A stretch of 64,000 bases of DNA from NCBI GenBank assembly GCA_018238155.1, contig JABCTZ010000017.1, positions 1 to 64,000 on the forward strand, given 5' to 3'. Position numbers and translations under genes: made by a program. Each line of letters starts with the position of its first letter. The stretch's first letter is position 1. Under the pieces are notes generated by a model, which saw only the letters and a program-made list of their open reading frames with translations, did no database searches and was not told the origin of the DNA. Source of the stretch: Candidatus Heimdallarchaeota archaeon. GTDB lineage: Archaea; Asgardarchaeota; Heimdallarchaeia; JABLTI01. Shown piece after piece: positions 60,557-64,000 of this stretch.

Positions 60557-61075
60557 ATTTCAAATGAAGATGAAACCAATATCTACACTGCGAGTGCAAG
60601 ACGAGCTTTTATAGTCAAGAACCCAGTTCCAGAAGAGAAACTGTTAGCTGGAAATGAAATTATGATTGGGTGGTCCAAAGCTGAAGGATTATTAGATGAG
60701 AAATTATCTCGAGATGATTTTCGAGAAATTATTCATAAAGAATATTTTCCGCGGGAAGAGAATAAGCGTCGCTCAGGACAAGTTGCTGGTGATCTCTGGC
60801 GATTCATTCGCGATATGAAATTAAATCATTATGTTCTCATACCAACAAAAGATGGATTCTTCATTGGACAGATTACTGGTCCATCAACATATGATGAAAT
60901 GAAAATCTTTAATGATACTGCATATCATAGAAAAGTGGAATGGTTAAATGATAAGAAATCTGTCCCCTATAAAATGATCACTGAAGAGCTGCAAAAGAAG
61001 ATGAAATCAATTCAATCAGTTATTGATGCAACTGTTCTTTATGATGAAATTGAATTTGCCTTAAGACATCTGTAA
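60557..61075 (+). CDS. Stand-alone EVE/PUA-like domain similar to the N-terminus of Mrr-associated (COG4127-like) proteins; probable ATT start
   Basis: AFIVK...IMIGW, LWRFIRDMK..YVLIP, HRKVEW; frame open from 60539; GAGG 8 nt before ATT at 60557. Confidence 0.6.
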   Translation: MSNEDETNIYTASARRAFIVKNPVPEEKLLAGNEIMIGWSKAEGLLDEKLSRDDFREIIHKEYFPREENKRRSGQVAGDLWRFIRDMKLNHYVLIPTKDGFFIGQITGPSTYDEMKIFNDTAYHRKVEWLNDKKSVPYKMITEELQKKMKSIQSVIDATVLYDEIEFALRHL

Positions 61076-61126
61076 ACATGAAGTAGCTAATGAATCCAAT
61101 AATGATAGATTATTGGACTATTATCT

Positions 61127-61663
61127 TTATTCAGTTTTTTTAGTCAATTGCTCAAAAAACGTTGGAGCATTTTTGGGTGCTTTTCCATGTTTTACTTTGT
61201 GATAATAAGCATAGGTCAGTGGTTCTCCATCTCGAGTAATTTTTCCACCAACAACTTTCGCGATAAAGAGAGTATGTGTTCCACAATCAACTGACTCTTT
61301 TACAACACCTTCAAGATATCCTAGAGAATGATCATAAACAATAGGTGCACCGGTTAAGAAATTTTCAATATTCAATGGTTCTTCGAATTTATCGAAATCC
61401 CTGCCAGATCGAAAACCAAAACGGCCAATAAATTTCATAGGTGTTTCTTTACAGAGAACAGAGGCAGTAAAGACTTTACTTTCCATAATGAAATCATGAG
61501 TGTAATTTTCTTTCGAAATGCTTACTGCAATCATTTGTGGTTCAGATGTTATTTGAAATATAGTATTTACTATCAAACCATTGTACTTGTCTCCTTTTTT
61601 AGAACAGAGGAGAAAGAGACCATAGCTGATTAAGCGTATGCTTTCGTAGAGTTTTTCGACCAT
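61127..61663 (-). CDS. Flavin reductase-like (flavoredoxin) protein
   Basis: ISYGLF, FGFRSGRDFDKF, GTHTLFI, PLTYAYYH. Confidence 0.88.
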   Translation of the reverse strand: MVEKLYESIRLISYGLFLLCSKKGDKYNGLIVNTIFQITSEPQMIAVSISKENYTHDFIMESKVFTASVLCKETPMKFIGRFGFRSGRDFDKFEEPLNIENFLTGAPIVYDHSLGYLEGVVKESVDCGTHTLFIAKVVGGKITRDGEPLTYAYYHKVKHGKAPKNAPTFFEQLTKKTE

Positions 61664-61796
61664 GAGATTTCATCCAAAATAGTACATTATATCTATACCT
61701 TTAGAATATTCTAAATTTAACCATTAAAAAAATATCGCTTAATAATATTCTCTTTTCCATTCTCTAAAATGTTATAAAAAAGTGGAATTAGTTTTT

Positions 61797-62414
61797 TTAA
61801 TCGAATTGTTTTGTTATAATAGTAGTGTCTTTTCCTGTGAAAAAATAATGATTTGTAACCCAATCTTTTTTTATTTCCCATAAGGTTCCTTGTATTCGAC
61901 GTTTATTAATGGGTATATCATCGAAAGGATAACTAATACCTAAATCGAAAATCTTTTTCCAACTATCTACAATTCGTTGATGATAGTGATTATTTGGGAG
62001 TGGCTTCTGAGTGAAAAAATTTGACTCTTGTTGTAGAAGTTCATCTTCTTCATCTACAGGTAAATACCAATAATTGAATACATAATGATAACGTTCAAAA
62101 TCAGAAAGCAAAATTGCTTGTTCTGGGATATCAAATTGTACAAGCACCATTTTTTGACCTTTTTCAATATCCTGACGAACCTTTCTCTTATGAGGTTTAT
62201 TGTTAGGTTGTTCAATCCATACACAAACGGGAAAGTGATTTGGCGAAGGTCATTTAAGACCACGTTCTTCCATGTGATGGATTATATAATCATAACTTCT
62301 TTCCAATAAAGAGTAACTTGGATGTTTCTCAACCATTTCTTTCAATGAATGATAACTACCTGTTCTTTGGAGAGATTCCCACATATCTGGAGCTTGAATG
62401 GTCCAACATTTCAT
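61797..62414 (-). pseudogene. DUF3841-like gene with an in-frame TGA at codon 55
   Basis: MKCWTIQ...SYDYIIHHMEERGLK*PSPNHFPVCVW...LLSDFERYHYVFNYWYL...IQGTLWEIKKDWV; stop at 62250-62252. Confidence 0.65.
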
Positions 62415-62621
62415 AGCAAATTAACTACATCATACTAATTGATATTATTTTGTGTTCTCAATTTCAAGCACTCGATTTCATTAATCTCTCTCAGAAGACA
62501 AACACCTGAAAAATAGACTAATTGAATATACACTAAAGTTAGATTCCGTTTTTTCAGCAAAAACTTAAGTATCACTATTTACTTAATGGAAGTTTAAACA
62601 ATAATCATTTGGAGGAGACAG

Positions 62622-64000
62622 ATAATAACTTTAGATAAGGACTATTCGATACAGAATGTTGCATCTCGTTTCTACAAGCAATTTACTGTATTTCGGAGAA
62701 CACTGGCAAACTCTATCAAAAATAATTTTGAAGATACTGAGAAACTCCTTATTGCTCAAAGGATATTCAATAGAATTTTTTTATTATATTTCATAGTAAA
62801 CAAGCATGTGATTAAATGGAAAAACAATCAAATAATTGAGACTAAAGCATTTTTTGAAGTTTTACTCTCAGATGGGGATTTCGTTAATCATCTCTATCTA
62901 ATTTTTGATTTCATACAAACTCCAGGAAAGGAGAAGTTCCATCAAATTGGTGAACAAACGATAAAAATTCCTTTTTTACAAAAAAAGTTGTACCTAAAGA
63001 TCGAAGAAGAAAAAAGAATACTGACAGATTTGAAAACTGAAGATTGGCAAGAAATTCTCTCTTTTCTAAATTCCTTTGAATGGGATTCTGAGGATGGAAC
63101 CAATTATAACTCGATTACACCAGAGATATTGGGTTATATTTATGAAAGAAGTGTTGTTGAATGGGAAGAACAAAAGACGAAAACTTCCAAATCAGTTTCT
63201 TCTCGGAAAAAAAGAGGTGTATTTTACACTCGAGATGAAGTTATCCAATATATCATAAAACATACCTTCTATCCATTGCTTTCTGAAAGATTAGATAATC
63301 GTTACAAGAATCTCATCGATTTTCTGGAGAATGGAAAAAGTGATTATAAAGCAGCTTTTGAAATAATTGATTCTCTAACGATCTTGGATCCTGCTTGTGG
63401 TTCAGGTGCATTTCTCATCAAAGCTGCAGAGGAGCTGTATAAATTTAAATGCACTCTAATGAAGAAAATGGGAGAATCATTTGAAAAAGTGGACTTGAAA
63501 AAAGGAATTATTCTGCACAATCTCTATGGTGTAGATTTGCTTAAAGGTGCAATTGAAATTACAAAATTGAGGTTACACCTCTGGGGCATTACAAGTTATA
63601 CTCAATCTGACGAAATTAATTCTCTGCCAGATATTGAGCATATACTCGAGGGGAATAGTCTCATTGGGAAAATTAAAGACGAGCTTTCCGATATAGAAAA
63701 GAAACCAAATAAAAAACAAGCTACTTTCAAAGAAATTGAAAAACCATTCCATTGGAATACAAATTTCAAGGAAATACTATCAACTAGTGGTTTTGATATA
63801 ATAATTGGTAATCCACCATATGGTGCTTTAATTACTAAAAAAGAACATCAAATTATCTCTGAAGAATATAGTTGCACATCCAGCAATAATACCGCAGAGT
63901 ATTTCCTAGAACGCTCATATCGTTTGCTTAAGGAAAATGGATTCATGGGTTTTGTAGTTCCAAAACAAATAGCGTTTACTTCCAAATGGTGCGATATACG
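62622..64000 (+). CDS. Eco57I/type IIG-like N6-adenine DNA methyltransferase (partial, runs off the window); probable ATA start
   Basis: EILGYIYE, RKKRGVFYT, ILDPACGSGAFL, NLYGVD and FDIIIGNPPY in one frame; GGAGG 6 nt before ATA at 62622. Confidence 0.85.
   Translation, partial: MITLDKDYSIQNVASRFYKQFTVFRRTLANSIKNNFEDTEKLLIAQRIFNRIFLLYFIVNKHVIKWKNNQIIETKAFFEVLLSDGDFVNHLYLIFDFIQTPGKEKFHQIGEQTIKIPFLQKKLYLKIEEEKRILTDLKTEDWQEILSFLNSFEWDSEDGTNYNSITPEILGYIYERSVVEWEEQKTKTSKSVSSRKKRGVFYTRDEVIQYIIKHTFYPLLSERLDNRYKNLIDFLENGKSDYKAAFEIIDSLTILDPACGSGAFLIKAAEELYKFKCTLMKKMGESFEKVDLKKGIILHNLYGVDLLKGAIEITKLRLHLWGITSYTQSDEINSLPDIEHILEGNSLIGKIKDELSDIEKKPNKKQATFKEIEKPFHWNTNFKEILSTSGFDIIIGNPPYGALITKKEHQIISEEYSCTSSNNTAEYFLERSYRLLKENGFMGFVVPKQIAFTSKWCDI

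Noticed and set aside
62250-62252. In-frame TGA as selenocysteine recoding
   Set aside because: Not in a redox motif, no SECIS recognised, and a CGA-to-TGA nonsense change or read error is simpler; TGA is used as a normal stop elsewhere in the window
414-63258. Numerous short antisense or overlapping ORFs in the track (e.g. 11950-12492, 24472-24876, 47558-47977)
   Set aside because: They are shadows of well-supported genes on the other strand or frame and carry no motifs
1-64000. CRISPR arrays, tRNA/rRNA genes, transposases or integrases
   Set aside because: No regularly spaced repeats, GC-rich cloverleaf/rRNA segments or recombinase motifs were seen by eye

Overview
AT-rich archaeal chromosomal segment, most consistent with an Asgard archaeon (probably Heimdallarchaeia-like). 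Evidence: archaeal S19e/PDCD5/L39e/L31e cluster, TFE-beta/RPC34-like factor, Trm1, an archaeal thiolase-HMGCS-DUF35 mevalonate module, and eukaryote-signature ubiquitin and ESCRT genes. The main feature is a co-oriented operon at 20628-28795. It encodes an Smc5/6-type SMC ATPase, a putative Nse4-like kleisin (CTG start, truncated in the ORF track), an Nse3/MAGE-like KITE protein and a stand-alone Nse1-type RING-like Zn finger. These are followed directly by a complete ubiquitin-like conjugation set: JAMM protease, E1, a Val-Gly-ending Ubl and an E2. Related parts lie elsewhere in the window: a RING paralog next to a transglutaminase-like gene, a second E1, and a UEV-Vps23/37-like protein; several of these proteins share SIM-like [IVM][KR][IV][IL] motifs. 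Other oddities are a rubredoxin inserted into a histidine ammonia-lyase, a membrane-SCP2-flavoprotein fusion in a lipid-redox cluster, several genes that appear to use non-canonical start codons, two disrupted genes, and a restriction-modification methyltransferase at the right edge. No rRNA, tRNA, CRISPR array or transposase was recognised. All family calls are by-eye motif recognition, not database searches.
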